Source of the DNA: an uncultured bacterium
GTDB taxonomy: Bacteria; Desulfobacterota_D; UBA1144; Nemesobacterales; UBA2774
Direction: 5' to 3'
Assembly: GCA_963705505.1 (NCBI GenBank)
Contig: CAVPJU010000006.1
Location: 672,001 to 736,000, forward strand
DNA length: 64,000 bases
Shown piece by piece: positions 21,112 through 32,389 of the stretch. A program made the position numbers and the translations under genes. The notes beneath the pieces are model-generated. The model was not told the DNA's origin, ran no database searches, and saw nothing but the letters and a program-made list of their open reading frames with translations. How positions within the stretch are numbered: the stretch's first letter is position 1; each line of letters starts with the position of its first letter.

Positions 21112-21870
21112 CTATAAAAGCTGCCTTCTCTTTATGAACGGGATATGTATCTGGTCTTCCTTATAGTTTCCGGTGAGGGCGTAGAGTATGAGGTTGATTC
21201 CGAGCCTGAATGCGAGCTCTCTTTGAGACTCTCCGCCGGGAATACACTCGAATTCCCATTTTCCGAATTCGTCTTCGGACCATGCTCCGCCCAGGTCGTT
21301 ACGTGAATAAAAGACAGCAGTCCTGTCCTCGTCGCTGAACGTAATTCCTTCCAGATAGGGACTGATGATTTTTCTCCCGCTCGCCGAGTACAGGAGATAA
21401 AAAGACTTGTAGACGACATGGTCCTGCGTCAGGCGCGAAAGAGGGACCTCAGGCAATATATACTTTAATTCCTCCCTGATCTGCGAATCGAACGAAGAGA
21501 CCTCCGTGCCCGATGCATCGTCTATTATGAGAGTGCCGCCCAGCTTGAGGTATTTCCTGAGCCTCCTCCTTTCTTCTTCCGTGAAGGGCTCGAAGCTTCC
21601 ATCGCCTGCCAGGTAAAGGAACGGGAAATTAAACAGGTCCGAGTCGTCCAGTCTCAGGACCTTCCTTTCATAGGAGGCTATGACGCTGGTCCTCATCTCA
21701 AGCGTGCTCATGAGCCTCTGATAATCTCTCGGCCGCGGATCCCATTGCCCGTTATATTCGAGCTGCGCAAAGTGGAATTTGGAACCTTCGTAGAGACTTA
21801 GAAGCGGAAAAGATACTGCTCCGATAGCTCCTGCAAGGACATTTCTAAGGAATTCCCTTCTCGTAAACAC
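21112..21870 (-). CDS. DUF4159-family protein with Tat signal
   Basis: TRREFL twin-arginine motif; FPFLYLAG, LRKYLKLGGTLIIDD, NDLGGAW, AFRLGINLILYALTGNYKEDQ. Confidence 0.8.
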   Translation of the reverse strand: MFTRREFLRNVLAGAIGAVSFPLLSLYEGSKFHFAQLEYNGQWDPRPRDYQRLMSTLEMRTSVIASYERKVLRLDDSDLFNFPFLYLAGDGSFEPFTEEERRRLRKYLKLGGTLIIDDASGTEVSSFDSQIREELKYILPEVPLSRLTQDHVVYKSFYLLYSASGRKIISPYLEGITFSDEDRTAVFYSRNDLGGAWSEDEFGKWEFECIPGGESQRELAFRLGINLILYALTGNYKEDQIHIPFIKRRQLL

Positions 21871-22025
21871 ACTGATTAATTATTGCTGGCATTCGATTGT
21901 GCTGTCAAGTGAATAAAAGCAGTGAGGCCGATTTGGACGAAAAAACGGACAAAGAAATCCGGATTAGCAATTTTGATGGGATCTTCTTAAAAAGAGAACG
22001 TACTTGCTATTCGAAAAACGTTTAT

Positions 22026-22244
22026 CTAAGAGGCCTGACCTGAATGCACCTTAACGACTTTCGTTGCCTGAGGTCCTTTTGGCCCTTCCGTAATATCGAA
22101 TTCTACGGTCTCGCCTTCGGTAAGGCTTTTATATCCGTCACCTTCGATAACGCTGTAGTGAACGAATACGTCCTTACCTATTTCATCCGACTGGATGAAT
22201 CCGTAACCTTTAGAACTGTTGAACCACTTTACTTTACCCTGCAT
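22026..22244 (-). CDS. Cold-shock protein
   Basis: GKVKWFN..KGYGFI, DVFVHYS, GPKGPQA. Confidence 0.95.
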   Translation of the reverse strand: MQGKVKWFNSSKGYGFIQSDEIGKDVFVHYSVIEGDGYKSLTEGETVEFDITEGPKGPQATKVVKVHSGQAS

Positions 22245-22368
22245 AAAACTCTATTCCTCCTAAAATCTGCTTCAAAGTGTTAATATCGCACGTTTTTTTT
22301 AATTTGTCAAATAGTATTTTTCGTAATTCGTAATTGATGGGGGGCATTCTTTGCGTTAGCTTTATGCT

Positions 22369-23544
22369 GTGATGAACAATTATAAATATCCAAGGAGGGT
22401 AGAACGCTTAGTGCGGGAGTACAGGAAGGAGTTCCCGATAGTTAAAAACGCAATTTATCTCGACCATGCCGGCGTAGCCCCGGTTTCTCTGCGTGTGAAA
22501 ACCGAGGTTAAAAAATTCCTCGACGAAGCCGCTGAAAAGGCCGTTATGAGCTATGAATACTGGATGGAAAGGGTTGACGGGGTGAGGGCTATGTCCGCTG
22601 AACTCGTCGGGGCGGAGAAAGAGGAAATAGCCTTTATAAAAAATACCTCTCACGGTATTTCGATCGTCGCGGGCGGGCTCGAGTGGAGGGAGGGGGATAA
22701 TGTGCTCGTCTTCGAGAGGGAATTCCCGTCCAACATATATCCCTGGCTCGAATTGGAGAGAAAGGGGGTCACAGTAAAGTACATACCGCTTAAAGACGAT
22801 CGTATATGGCTTGATGATATCGAGAGGCTGATGGATAGGCGGACGAGGCTTGTCTCAATCAGCTCGGTTCAGTCATTAAACGGTTTCATGATAGACCTTC
22901 AAAGACTGGGAAAGTTATGCGGCGGTAAGGGGGTGCTCCTTTTTGTCGATGCAATTCAGAGTCTCGGTGTAATTCCCATGGATGTAAAAGCGCTCGGAGT
23001 GGATTTTCTCGCGGCCGACGGTCATAAATGGCTCCTTGCGCCCGAGGGCACAGGCATATTCTACTGCAGAAGGGGTCTGGCTTCGGGATTGAGGCCGAAT
23101 TTGATCGGATGGAAAACAGTCAAGAGCGACGAGAATTTTGAAATTATAGATTTCACTCTCAAGGATAACGCGCTCAGGTTCGAGGAGGGTTCGTTCAACG
23201 TAATGGGAATCAGGGCTTTGGGCGCCTCCCTGGGTCTCCTGTTCGAAATCGGGATCGACCGGATCGGAGCCAGAGTACAAGACCTCGGCGACTTGATTAT
23301 GGATGAGGCGGAGAAGAGGGGGTTAAATATCAGGACCCCTCGTGACAGAAACGAAAGAGGTGGAATCGTCTCCTTTTCAGGGGATTTCGATCCTGTGCTT
23401 ATGAAAAAGAAATTAAGGGAATCGGGCATCGTAGTCAACAACAGGGGAGGAGCGTTGAGAGTCGCCCCGCACTTTTACAACACCGAAGAAGAGATTTTAA
23501 AACTATTCGGGGAAATCGATGAGGCCTTACCCGCATTTCGATAG
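22369..23544 (+). CDS. Aminotransferase class V-fold PLP enzyme
   Basis: YLDHAG, NTSHG, EFPSN, VDAIQSLG, DGHKWLL (PLP Lys), RVAPHFYN; no desulfurase catalytic Cys motif. Confidence 0.85.
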   Translation: MMNNYKYPRRVERLVREYRKEFPIVKNAIYLDHAGVAPVSLRVKTEVKKFLDEAAEKAVMSYEYWMERVDGVRAMSAELVGAEKEEIAFIKNTSHGISIVAGGLEWREGDNVLVFEREFPSNIYPWLELERKGVTVKYIPLKDDRIWLDDIERLMDRRTRLVSISSVQSLNGFMIDLQRLGKLCGGKGVLLFVDAIQSLGVIPMDVKALGVDFLAADGHKWLLAPEGTGIFYCRRGLASGLRPNLIGWKTVKSDENFEIIDFTLKDNALRFEEGSFNVMGIRALGASLGLLFEIGIDRIGARVQDLGDLIMDEAEKRGLNIRTPRDRNERGGIVSFSGDFDPVLMKKKLRESGIVVNNRGGALRVAPHFYNTEEEILKLFGEIDEALPAFR

Positions 23545-23681
23545 GTTTTCCGGATTCCTTAATTTTGAGATTCCCGATATCCGGTATAGAGGTTTTGACA
23601 GCCTGAATTTTTGAAAAGATATAGTTTCAGTATCCTGGTCGTCAAAATCGGCCGAGGACGGTTAATCGGCATAAACTCTTT

Positions 23682-24137
23682 TCAACTGAAAAACCTGATT
23701 CCCGTGAGTCCGACTACGGCTCCGACGAGGACTCCATAAATGACGTGGCCGAGCAAATGTGCTACGGCGACCTCGAGGCCCGCGCTCCTGAACTGTTCGA
23801 GAGGGTGGTGTTCGGCTACGGCGACCACGAGTGTAAATCCGAACGCGATCCCATGTGCAAACCCGATCATTCCTCCGAGCGCAATTGCGCCTGCAAGAGA
23901 GGTCGGGGCAAAAAGACTTATCAGCGCGACATAAACGAACGCAATAATTATCCCGACGATAAAATGAACTGTGAGACCGAGTCCGAAAGAGTCTTCATAG
24001 GACTTTGTGAACAGGCTCCCTATCGCCCTTATCATCGCCGCGTTCGCGATCCCGGTGCGTGTTAACCCCCACAATACCGTGCTCATGCCCGCAGTGCCGA
24101 TGACCCCCGCAAGAACGGTTATTATAATTGCATTCAT
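23682..24137 (-). CDS. Four-TM membrane protein
   Basis: Hydrophobic helices with in-membrane His (VHFIVG, AHG, AHLLGHVIYG); GGAGG RBS before ATG 24137. Confidence 0.7.
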   Translation of the reverse strand: MNAIIITVLAGVIGTAGMSTVLWGLTRTGIANAAMIRAIGSLFTKSYEDSFGLGLTVHFIVGIIIAFVYVALISLFAPTSLAGAIALGGMIGFAHGIAFGFTLVVAVAEHHPLEQFRSAGLEVAVAHLLGHVIYGVLVGAVVGLTGIRFFS

Positions 24138-24351
24138 GGTACACCTCCGCCGCAATTGAGTTCGGACAAAGGTTCGAAAACGATTTCGGAGAACCGTCGG
24201 CCGCTCGTGTGATCCCCCCATCTATTAACATGATAGCCAGCGCTCGGGGACACTTTCAATTATTTTTTTCGGCGGAGGAATCGACAATTGACATAAAAAA
24301 GGATTGCGATGATAATTATTTAATCATCGTGATAGCTTAGACAGGAGGCTC

Positions 24352-26058
24352 GTGTTGGAAAAGAAATCGAACCCGGACTTGAAGTCAGATAAATTACGGA
24401 AGTACTCTTCGATAGTTGTGGAAGGGGCGGACAGGGCTCCCAACCGTTCCATGTTAAGGGCCGTGGGATTTAAAGACAGGGATTTTATAAAACCCGTAAT
24501 CGGGATTGCATCCACGTGGAGCATGGTAACCCCGTGCAACATGCATATAGACAAGCTCGCTTTGGAAGCCGCGCACGGCGCTGACAAAGCGGGCGGCAAA
24601 GCCGTCATATTCGGCACGATAACCGTGTCGGACGGTATATCGATGGGTACCCCCGGCATGAGGTACTCGCTCGTTTCGAGAGAAGTAATAGCCGATTCAA
24701 TAGAGACTGTCGCAGGGGCCGAGGGATTCGACGGGCTCGTCGCGATCGGAGGATGCGACAAGAACATGCCCGGATGCGTTATAGCCATGGCCCGCCTCAA
24801 CAGGCCTTCTGTTTTTGTTTACGGCGGGACCATAATGCCCGGGAACTACAACGGCAAGCCCGTCGATATCGTGACCGTTTTCGAAGCTGTCGGTGCCCAT
24901 GCGAATAATGATATCTCCGACAGCCAGCTTAAGAAGATAGAATCCTGCGCCATTCCCGGGCCGGGCTCGTGCGGCGGTATGTATACGGCGAATACAATGG
25001 CGTCCGCGATCGAAGCTCTCGGGATGAGCCTTCCGAACAGCTCCGCACAGGCCGCGATCTCCGTAGAGAAGAAAAATGACTGCGCCAACGCAGGTGCAGC
25101 CGTGCTGAACCTGATAAAGAACAATATCCGACCGACCGATATAATGACGCGAAAGGCTTTCGAGAATGCGATCACTGTTGTCATTGCGCTCGGGGGATCG
25201 ACGAACGCAGTTTTGCACCTTCTAGCCATGGCTAACGCGGTTAATGTCAAGCTCTCGATCGACGATTTCACGCGCGTCGGGAAAAGGGCGCCTGTTCTTG
25301 CCGATCTCAAGCCCAGCGGCAAATTCATGATGGCGGATTTTTGCAGGATCGGAGGGCTAACTCCGCTCATGAAAATGCTACTCGACGAAGGGCTCATTCA
25401 CGGCGACTGCCTCACCGTTACAGGCAAGACCGTAAAGGAGAATCTCCGGGATGCCGGAGCGTATCCGAAAGGCCAGGAGATAGTACATCCGGTCGATAAC
25501 CCTCTCAAGAAGGACAGCCACATAGTCATCCTGAGGGGCAACCTGGCGGCAGAAGGCGCCGTCGCAAAGATTTCGGGGCAGGAAGGACTTTCTTTCACCG
25601 GCAAAGCGATAGTTTTCGATTCTGAAGAGGAGAGCTTAAAAGCTATACTGGCCGGAAAGATTAAGAAGGGGCACGTCATAGTTATCCGCTATGAGGGTCC
25701 TCGCGGGGGACCGGGCATGCGGGAGATGCTGTCGCCGACCTCTGCCGTTATGGGGAAGGGTTTGGGCAAGGATGTGGCGCTTATCACTGACGGAAGGTTC
25801 TCGGGAGGAACTCACGGGTTCGTCGTCGGGCATATCACGCCCGAGGCTTATGACGGCGGGGTCATCGCCATTATTAAAAACGGCGATACAATCACGATCG
25901 ATGCTTTAAAGAGAGAGATAAATCTCGAAGTCCCGAAGAGCGAAATAAAAAAACGGCTCTCTGCATGGAAAAAGCCCAAACCAAAGGCGGAGAGGGGCGC
26001 CCTCGCAAAGTATGCGAAACTCGTCTCTTCGGCATCAGAAGGCGCTGTGACTGATTGA
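24352..26058 (+). CDS. ilvD: Dihydroxy-acid dehydratase
   Basis: [60 protein letters not shown]. Confidence 0.97.
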   Translation: MLEKKSNPDLKSDKLRKYSSIVVEGADRAPNRSMLRAVGFKDRDFIKPVIGIASTWSMVTPCNMHIDKLALEAAHGADKAGGKAVIFGTITVSDGISMGTPGMRYSLVSREVIADSIETVAGAEGFDGLVAIGGCDKNMPGCVIAMARLNRPSVFVYGGTIMPGNYNGKPVDIVTVFEAVGAHANNDISDSQLKKIESCAIPGPGSCGGMYTANTMASAIEALGMSLPNSSAQAAISVEKKNDCANAGAAVLNLIKNNIRPTDIMTRKAFENAITVVIALGGSTNAVLHLLAMANAVNVKLSIDDFTRVGKRAPVLADLKPSGKFMMADFCRIGGLTPLMKMLLDEGLIHGDCLTVTGKTVKENLRDAGAYPKGQEIVHPVDNPLKKDSHIVILRGNLAAEGAVAKISGQEGLSFTGKAIVFDSEEESLKAILAGKIKKGHVIVIRYEGPRGGPGMREMLSPTSAVMGKGLGKDVALITDGRFSGGTHGFVVGHITPEAYDGGVIAIIKNGDTITIDALKREINLEVPKSEIKKRLSAWKKPKPKAERGALAKYAKLVSSASEGAVTD

Positions 26059-26320
26059 GAGCTTCAGACTTTATTTTGGTCCGGGGCGGTATTGGGTTAG
26101 ATCGGCAGGGGTTTTGGTCTCATACCGTCTAGAATTATGTGCTGCTTTGGCCAAGAACAGGGCTAATATCCACTCAGCTTGCATGGTATGCGTGTAAAGC
26201 ATACCCCCCCCGGAAAACCTGTGGAATTTGTTCAGCATTAATCCTGCAACTTTACACGCGACATGAATTTTGGCTCATAAAAGTCAAATAGAGCTGGATT
26301 TTTGCAGGATTTGCTCAATT

Positions 26321-26375
26321 ATTAACAATTCCTTAAACAATCCCTAAAACTCCCTTAAATTTCACCCGGTATAAC
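26321..26375 (+). promoter_or_regulatory. Four direct repeats at 11-bp period (Pho-box-like) plus -10 element
   Basis: ATTAAC (26321), CTTAAA (26332), CCTAAA (26343), CTTAAA (26354), then GGTATAAC at the same offset as in the 20014 array. Confidence 0.65.
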
Positions 26376-26488
26376 AATATCATGAGCACCGTTGATTAGG
26401 TCGACGAGATGTGAATGCGTAATAACTAATAAAGGAGGTTTTTTATGTTGTCAGGTAACCACATTAAAAGGAGGACGATGGATAGTTT

Positions 26489-27215
26489 ATGACTACACTG
26501 ATAGTTTCCGATGTACACCTCGGCTCCTACTATAACAGGGCAAGTGAATTGTCCGCGTTTATAAGGTCGGCAAGCTATAACAGGCTTATAATTCTCGGGG
26601 ACCTGTTCGATAAGCCGAGTATTGAAAGGCTCCGCGATGAAGAATGGGAATTCCTCGATCTCGTGAAGAGCATGTCGCATCGAAGGGAGATAATCTGGGT
26701 AGAGGGGAATCACGACGAAGGTCTTTACGAGACCATCCCTTCTCTCCTCAATATTCTGGCCGTAAAAGAATTCGAGTGGACATCGAGCGGGAAAAAATTT
26801 CTCGCGATTCACGGTCACCAGTTCGATTTCTATTGCAGGAATAAAACTGTCCTCGCCTCGTGCGCTGGGGGTTTATACAGAATGCTCCGGAGGGTAGACC
26901 TTTTCCTTGGAAAGGGACATATTCCACAGACTCTGCTTCGAGAACAGAGCATGGAAGCGTTCGTCGAACATCGTGACCGACGGAGCTCTTCAGTACGGTA
27001 AAAATCAGGAAGCTGATTTTGTGTTCTGCGGACACACACACAGGGCATTCAATATGAGAAGGGACGGGGTCGAGTATTTCAATACCGGCTGCTGGAACGA
27101 CAGGTATTGCCATTACGTGACTATCGATAATCGCGGAGTGAGCCTGAGAAAGTTCGCCGAATACGGGGAGGTAATCAAGTCGGGCGTTCGGCTTGCGGCA
27201 CAGCAGGCTACTTAA
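26489..27215 (+). CDS. Calcineurin-like metallophosphoesterase (LpxH/PlcP-like), +1 frameshift near 26900-26915
   Basis: SDVHLG, LGDLFD, GNHD, HGH in ORF 26489; CGHTH and NTGCW in ORF 26907; motifs are complete only when the two frames are joined. Confidence 0.85.
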
Positions 27216-27568
27216 TCTTTTGCGAGTTTTTCTAGATATTCTCTCAGCGCGGAAGCGCTGTTATACCGCTCTTCATTGGAACCATAGACGAAAGTGACAT
27301 CACTTTCCCCCGCAATTTCTATTATCTGCTTCAATGCATCCCGGTTTCGGTCAAGCTCGCGATAGTAGCGTCTCTTGAATTCTTCCCATTTGGATTGATC
27401 GTGGGAGAACCACTTGCGAAGCTCTGTCGAGGGCGCAGCATCCTTTAACCAGATGTCCACCTTGGCGTCTTCCTTCGATAACCCCCTCGGCCACAGTCTC
27501 TCCACCAATATACGAACACCGTCGCCCGCTTCGGGTTTATCGTAGACGCGTTTTAGCTTGATGGTCAT
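27212..27568 (-). CDS. DUF488 family protein (YeaO-like)
   Basis: KRVYD...[29 protein letters not shown]. Confidence 0.9.
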   Translation of the reverse strand: MTIKLKRVYDKPEAGDGVRILVERLWPRGLSKEDAKVDIWLKDAAPSTELRKWFSHDQSKWEEFKRRYYRELDRNRDALKQIIEIAGESDVTFVYGSNEERYNSASALREYLEKLAKD

Positions 27569-27665
27569 ATTCTTCAGAAGACTTTATCAGGAAGTATGAC
27601 TATGAGCGGATTTTCGCACGGTTGATTTTCTATTTGTTTTCTGAACCGGGTCTAAATAAATACGG

Positions 27666-27980
27666 TCAGTCCTCGATCAGGACGTAAATATCGTCCCCTT
27701 CCACTTTCACATCGAACGTCTCGACAGCATCGATTGCGGGGAGGCAGAGCGCGTCTCCGGTCTCGACATCGAATTCAGCACCGTGATAAATGCAGGTGAG
27801 CTTTTTCCCTTCGAGTATCCCGTCTGAGAGTGGATACGCCTGATGCGTACATTCGTCCTTGAACGCATAAAACTTCCCGTCCACGTTGCAGACCGCGATC
27901 ATCTCGCTCCCTGCGGCAAACGACCTGATCTCGCCGGGGGGCACGTCGGAGGTCTTAGCAAGTTTTTCGTATTCTGCCAT
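27666..27980 (-). CDS. Rieske [2Fe-2S] ferredoxin
   Basis: CTH...CIYHGAEFD Rieske ligands; follows sufD. Confidence 0.9.
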   Translation of the reverse strand: MAEYEKLAKTSDVPPGEIRSFAAGSEMIAVCNVDGKFYAFKDECTHQAYPLSDGILEGKKLTCIYHGAEFDVETGDALCLPAIDAVETFDVKVEGDDIYVLIED

Positions 27981-28020
27981 CCTGAATATCCCGTAGATTA
28001 GATAGGGTGGGGGGCATCAC

Positions 28021-29364
28021 TTAATTCGTCTCGGGCTGTTTTCTTTTGGAGAACCAGTCGGCGACGAGTGCTTCGCAATAATTTCTTATCTCTTCTATCT
28101 GCATGCTTTCAAGCGTGCCGCTCGTAAACGCGCTCAGGATTATTTCCCTCGCCGTTTCTTCCCGGATGCCGCGGGAGCGCAGATAAAAGACGGCATTTTC
28201 ATCCATCTGTCCTATCGTAGCGCCGTGTGTGCATTTTACGTCGTCGGCGTAGATCTCGAGCTGAGGCTTCGTATCGATCTGCGCGGTGTCGGAGAGAAGG
28301 AGGTTCCTGTTAGTCTGCTTTGCGTCCGTTTTCTGGGCGTCTTTATGCACTATTATGCGCCCGTGGAATACGCCCCTCGACTTCCCGTCGAGGACGCCGT
28401 TATAGAACTGCCTGCTGTCGCAGTGGGGGCTTGCGTGCTCGACCTTCATGTAATTATCCATGTGCTGTCTGCCCGTGGACATGAAAAGTCCGTTGATAAG
28501 GGAGTCGCATCCTTCTCCTGCAAGCACGGGATGGACGTTGTTTCTCACGAGCGCCCCGCCCAGGAGAACCGAGTGCGAGCGGATATTCGAGCTTCGCCCC
28601 TGCTGGACACGGAGGGTCGAAATATTAAAAGCTTTTCTGCTCTCGCATTCGATCATGTAGTGGCCGACCGAGCTGTTTTCGCCGACCACGAGCTCCGTCA
28701 CCACGTTCGAAAAGTAAACGCTTTCGTCGAGGGATACATAATGCTCGATTATATTGGCCTCGCAGTTGTCTTCGACTACTATGAGGTTCCGGGGGTTTGT
28801 TATCGTGGCATTTTCGCTGCGGGCCGTGATATAGAGGAGATGCACCGGCTCTTTTAAGTGCGTGCCCCCGGGGATATAAACGAATCCCCCGTCCTGCATG
28901 AACGCCGTATTCAGCGCCGTGAACGCCTCTTCATTAAAATCGGCGTATTTCGACAGATACTGTTTGACCAGTCCTTCTTCGCTTCCGAGAGCCGAAGCGA
29001 GGCTCAGGACCTTGGCTCCCGGAGGAATATCCGAAGAATCGGACAGCTCGGGCGAATACGATCCGTCAATGAATACGATCCGAATGGTTTTTAGCTTCGG
29101 GAACGTGAATTTTTTTAATGCATCCCTGGACACCGTGGGGCGGCCGTTAGTTTCAATATTGAATGCTGTCCTCGCTATGGGAGAGACGTTCGTGAACCGC
29201 CAGTCCTCGTTATCGGGTGTGGGAAATCCCAACTCCGAAAATCTCCTGAAACCCTCTTCGCGAAGCAAGTCGAGCCATAAGATCCCTTTTCCCGGGGCTT
29301 TTTTTCTGAATTCCTCAAATCCTTTCGAATACCCGTTTTCATCTCTGTTAAAAGTAATGCCCAT
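28021..29364 (-). CDS. sufD: Fe-S cluster assembly protein SufD
   Basis: EDWRFT, ALNTAF, PQLEIYADDVKCTHGAT, FYLRSRGI. Confidence 0.95.
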   Translation of the reverse strand: MGITFNRDENGYSKGFEEFRKKAPGKGILWLDLLREEGFRRFSELGFPTPDNEDWRFTNVSPIARTAFNIETNGRPTVSRDALKKFTFPKLKTIRIVFIDGSYSPELSDSSDIPPGAKVLSLASALGSEEGLVKQYLSKYADFNEEAFTALNTAFMQDGGFVYIPGGTHLKEPVHLLYITARSENATITNPRNLIVVEDNCEANIIEHYVSLDESVYFSNVVTELVVGENSSVGHYMIECESRKAFNISTLRVQQGRSSNIRSHSVLLGGALVRNNVHPVLAGEGCDSLINGLFMSTGRQHMDNYMKVEHASPHCDSRQFYNGVLDGKSRGVFHGRIIVHKDAQKTDAKQTNRNLLLSDTAQIDTKPQLEIYADDVKCTHGATIGQMDENAVFYLRSRGIREETAREIILSAFTSGTLESMQIEEIRNYCEALVADWFSKRKQPETN

Positions 29365-29378
29365 CGGGGTAATTCTCC

Positions 29379-30143
29379 TTAATTGTTGACCGCTTGTTTG
29401 GCTTCCTCTTCCACCCAGCCGTAGCCTTTGTCCTCGAGCTCGAAGGCGAGCTCTTTGCCGCCCGATTTTAATATCCGTCCGTTGACGAGCACGTGTACGA
29501 AGTCGGGAATTATGTAGTCGAGGAGTCTCTGATAATGGGTGATCACTATGAAGGCCCTCTCCGGGCTCCTGAGGGCGTTTACGCCGTCCGCCACCACTTT
29601 AAGCGCGTCTATGTCGAGTCCCGAATCGGTTTCGTCGAGAATCGCGAGCCTGGGCTCGAGTATCTGCATCTGAAAAATCTCGTTCTTCTTTTTCTCTCCA
29701 CCCGAGAATCCCTCGTTGACGGACCGCTTGAGGAGGTTGTCCGCCATCCCCATTATTTCCATTTTTTCTTTGGCGAGTCTGGCGAATTCCACGTGCTTGA
29801 GCGGCTCCAGCCCTCTGTACTTGCGTATCGAGTTCAAAGCCTCTCTCAAGAGGTACGTATTCGCCACTCCCGGTATCTCTACGGGGTATTGGAATGCCAT
29901 GAATATCCCTTCACAAGCCCTTTCCTCGGGAGCGAGCTCGAGCAGGTTTTTTCCCTCGAATATTATTTCTCCCTCTGTGACCTTGTAGGATTCGCGGCCG
30001 GCGAGGACCTGTGCCAGTGTGCTCTTCCCCGAGCCGTTCGGACCCATGATCGAATGCACTTCCCCCGCATTCACCTTGAGATCGAGCCCCTTGATTATTT
30101 CCTGATCTGCAACACTTACATGCAGATTCCTTATTTCCAGCAT
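29379..30143 (-). CDS. sufC: Fe-S cluster assembly ATPase SufC
   Basis: GPNGSGKST, FQYPVEIPG, FSGGEKK, LDETDSGLDIDAL, ITHYQRLL. Confidence 0.97.
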   Translation of the reverse strand: MLEIRNLHVSVADQEIIKGLDLKVNAGEVHSIMGPNGSGKSTLAQVLAGRESYKVTEGEIIFEGKNLLELAPEERACEGIFMAFQYPVEIPGVANTYLLREALNSIRKYRGLEPLKHVEFARLAKEKMEIMGMADNLLKRSVNEGFSGGEKKKNEIFQMQILEPRLAILDETDSGLDIDALKVVADGVNALRSPERAFIVITHYQRLLDYIIPDFVHVLVNGRILKSGGKELAFELEDKGYGWVEEEAKQAVNN

Positions 30144-30196
30144 TTCCTGTCTCCTTAGCTATTTTCTCTGTTGGTAATTATTCCGGGTGGCAATTA

Positions 30197-31633
30197 TTAT
30201 CCGACACTACCCTCAAGGCTTATGCTCAGAAGCTTCTCGGCCTCTATGGCGAACTCAAACGGGAGCTCCTTGAAGACCTCCTTGCAGAAACCGTTTACGA
30301 TCAGAGATACCGCGTTTTCGGCGGATAGCCCGCGCTGCTGGCAGTAAAAAATCTGATCGTCTCCGATCTTTGAGGTGGAGGCTTCATGCTCCATCTTGGC
30401 GGTCGAATTTTTTACCTCTATATACGGGAACGTATGCGCGCCGCACTTATCCCCTATGAGCATCGAATCGCACTGTGTGTAGTTCCGTGCGCCCGCTGCG
30501 TCCTTGCCGATCTGCACAAGGCCCCTGTATGTATTTTGTCCGTGGCCTGCCGAAATGCCCTTGGATACGATCGTGCTCTTCGTGTTCTTGCCTATGTGTA
30601 TCATTTTTGTCCCTGTATCGGCCTGCTGGCGCCTGTTCGTGAGAGCAACGGAGTAGAATTCCCCGACGGAGTCATCCCCTTCGAGGATGCAGCCCGGATA
30701 CTTCCACGTGATCGCCGAGCCCGTCTCTACCTGGGTCCATGAGATATGGGAATTACGTCCTACGCACCTTCCCCGTTTGGTCACGAAATTATAAATCCCG
30801 CCCTCTCCCTCGGCGTTGCCCGGATACCAGTTCTGGATAGTCGAGTACTTAATGGTCGCGTCTTTATACGCTATGAGCTCCACTACGGCCGCATGGAGCT
30901 GGTTCTCGTCCCTCTTAGGAGCGGTGCATCCCTCGAGGTAGCTCACGTAGCTTCCTTCTTCCGCGATAATCAGAGTCCTCTCGAACTGCCCCGTGCTTTC
31001 AGCGTTAATTCTGAAGTAGGTCGAGAGCTCCATAGGGCAGCGGACGCCCTTGGGGACATAAACGAATGACCCGTCTGTAAATACAGCCGAGTTAAGGGCC
31101 GCATAGAAATTGTCGTTGTAAGGGACGACGAATCCGAGGTACTTTTTGACGAGCTCGGGGTGCTCCTGTACCGCATCCGATATGGAGCAGAAGATTACGC
31201 CTGCCTCGGCAAGCTTCTCCTTAAAGGTCGTAATGACCGAAACGCTGTCAAAAACAGCATCGACGGCAACCCCTGCGAGCATCTTCTGCTCGTCGAGGGG
31301 AATTCCGAGCTTTTCATACGTCATTCTAATCTCGGGGTCTATATCGTCCAGGCTCTTGGGTCTGTCTGTAATTTTAGGCGCGGCATAATAGCTTATGTTC
31401 TGATAATCAATCGGCGGAAAGGTTACATTAGCCCACCTGGGCTCCTTCATGGTGAGCCAGTGCTTATAGGCTTTAAGTCTCCACTCAAGGAGCCATTCCG
31501 GTTCGTTTTTCTTCTGCGAGATCAGCCTTATTGTGTTTTCGTTGAGGCCTTTAGGGGCGATCTCCTGCTCGACGTCCGTGAAGAATCCGTATTTATATTC
31601 CTGCTCGGCCAATTTCTCCAAATCGATACTCAT
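30197..31633 (-). CDS. sufB: Fe-S cluster assembly protein SufB
   Basis: [46 protein letters not shown]. Confidence 0.97.
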   Translation of the reverse strand: MSIDLEKLAEQEYKYGFFTDVEQEIAPKGLNENTIRLISQKKNEPEWLLEWRLKAYKHWLTMKEPRWANVTFPPIDYQNISYYAAPKITDRPKSLDDIDPEIRMTYEKLGIPLDEQKMLAGVAVDAVFDSVSVITTFKEKLAEAGVIFCSISDAVQEHPELVKKYLGFVVPYNDNFYAALNSAVFTDGSFVYVPKGVRCPMELSTYFRINAESTGQFERTLIIAEEGSYVSYLEGCTAPKRDENQLHAAVVELIAYKDATIKYSTIQNWYPGNAEGEGGIYNFVTKRGRCVGRNSHISWTQVETGSAITWKYPGCILEGDDSVGEFYSVALTNRRQQADTGTKMIHIGKNTKSTIVSKGISAGHGQNTYRGLVQIGKDAAGARNYTQCDSMLIGDKCGAHTFPYIEVKNSTAKMEHEASTSKIGDDQIFYCQQRGLSAENAVSLIVNGFCKEVFKELPFEFAIEAEKLLSISLEGSVG

Positions 31634-31643
31634 TAAAGCCTCC

Positions 31644-32072
31644 TTAGTTTACCCTGGTAAGACCGCGTAAAGTTTTTTCGGTCAGCATATGCTCGAGTGT
31701 CGTCTCTTGAAGTATCTTTACCATGGATAGCTGTATTCTATCCCAAACCGGGAGCTGAGGGCATGTTTCATGCAGACGGCAGATAGCATTTTTGTCCATG
31801 CAGTCCACTATTCTTATCTCGCCCTCTATCGCTTCATAGATGTCCCGTAAGCTTATATCACTCGGCGGTTTACGGAGCGTGTAACCTCCGGCGGGCCCCA
31901 CCATCGATTTAACTATGCCCCTTGTAACGAGCCTCCGCATAATTTTGGCAAGATAGTTCAAAGGTATATGCTGATGCTCGGAAATTTCCTTCATGCTGTG
32001 TTTGCCAAAGGGCTCATTCCCCAGATAAGTTAACGACCTGACAGCATAGTCGAGAGTTTTCGTTACCTGCAT
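31644..32072 (-). CDS. Rrf2-family transcriptional regulator (three Cys, probably Fe-S binding)
   Basis: [21 protein letters not shown]6CX5C; first gene of the suf operon. Confidence 0.9.
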   Translation of the reverse strand: MQVTKTLDYAVRSLTYLGNEPFGKHSMKEISEHQHIPLNYLAKIMRRLVTRGIVKSMVGPAGGYTLRKPPSDISLRDIYEAIEGEIRIVDCMDKNAICRLHETCPQLPVWDRIQLSMVKILQETTLEHMLTEKTLRGLTRVN

Positions 32073-32103
32073 TTTTCTTCCCTAATATGGATATTAGAAC
32101 TCC

Positions 32104-32119
32104 ATAATATGCATATTAT
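32104..32119. promoter_or_regulatory. Perfect 16-bp palindrome, candidate operator in the divergent Rrf2-suf / sod intergenic region
   Basis: ATAATATGCATATTAT, about 30 bp upstream of the Rrf2 start. Confidence 0.45.
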
Positions 32120-32389
32120 TATATGGTAAAAATTACCAGTGAATACATGCGGTGTCAATCAAAGGTCTTACCCGGCCCGATGTTTAATATACCAGAACCT
32201 CCGTACTTGTTAAATAAATACCGCATGGGGAGAACGGAAAAAATCTTTGACACGACCAGTATTTAAGGTTACAATACGTTAGTTAACCGGTTTGCTGAAA
32301 CACGGTTGTTTTTAATCGATTTTTCAATGTGAAATGCCTGAAACATCGGTTCTCCATTTGAAAAAAATTTAGCTTAGGGGGGAGAAACC

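Noticed and set aside
22369..23544. SufS/IscS cysteine desulfurase completing the suf operon
   Set aside because: Lacks the C-terminal catalytic Cys motif (RxGxHC or SSGSAC); the equivalent region reads NNRGGALRV
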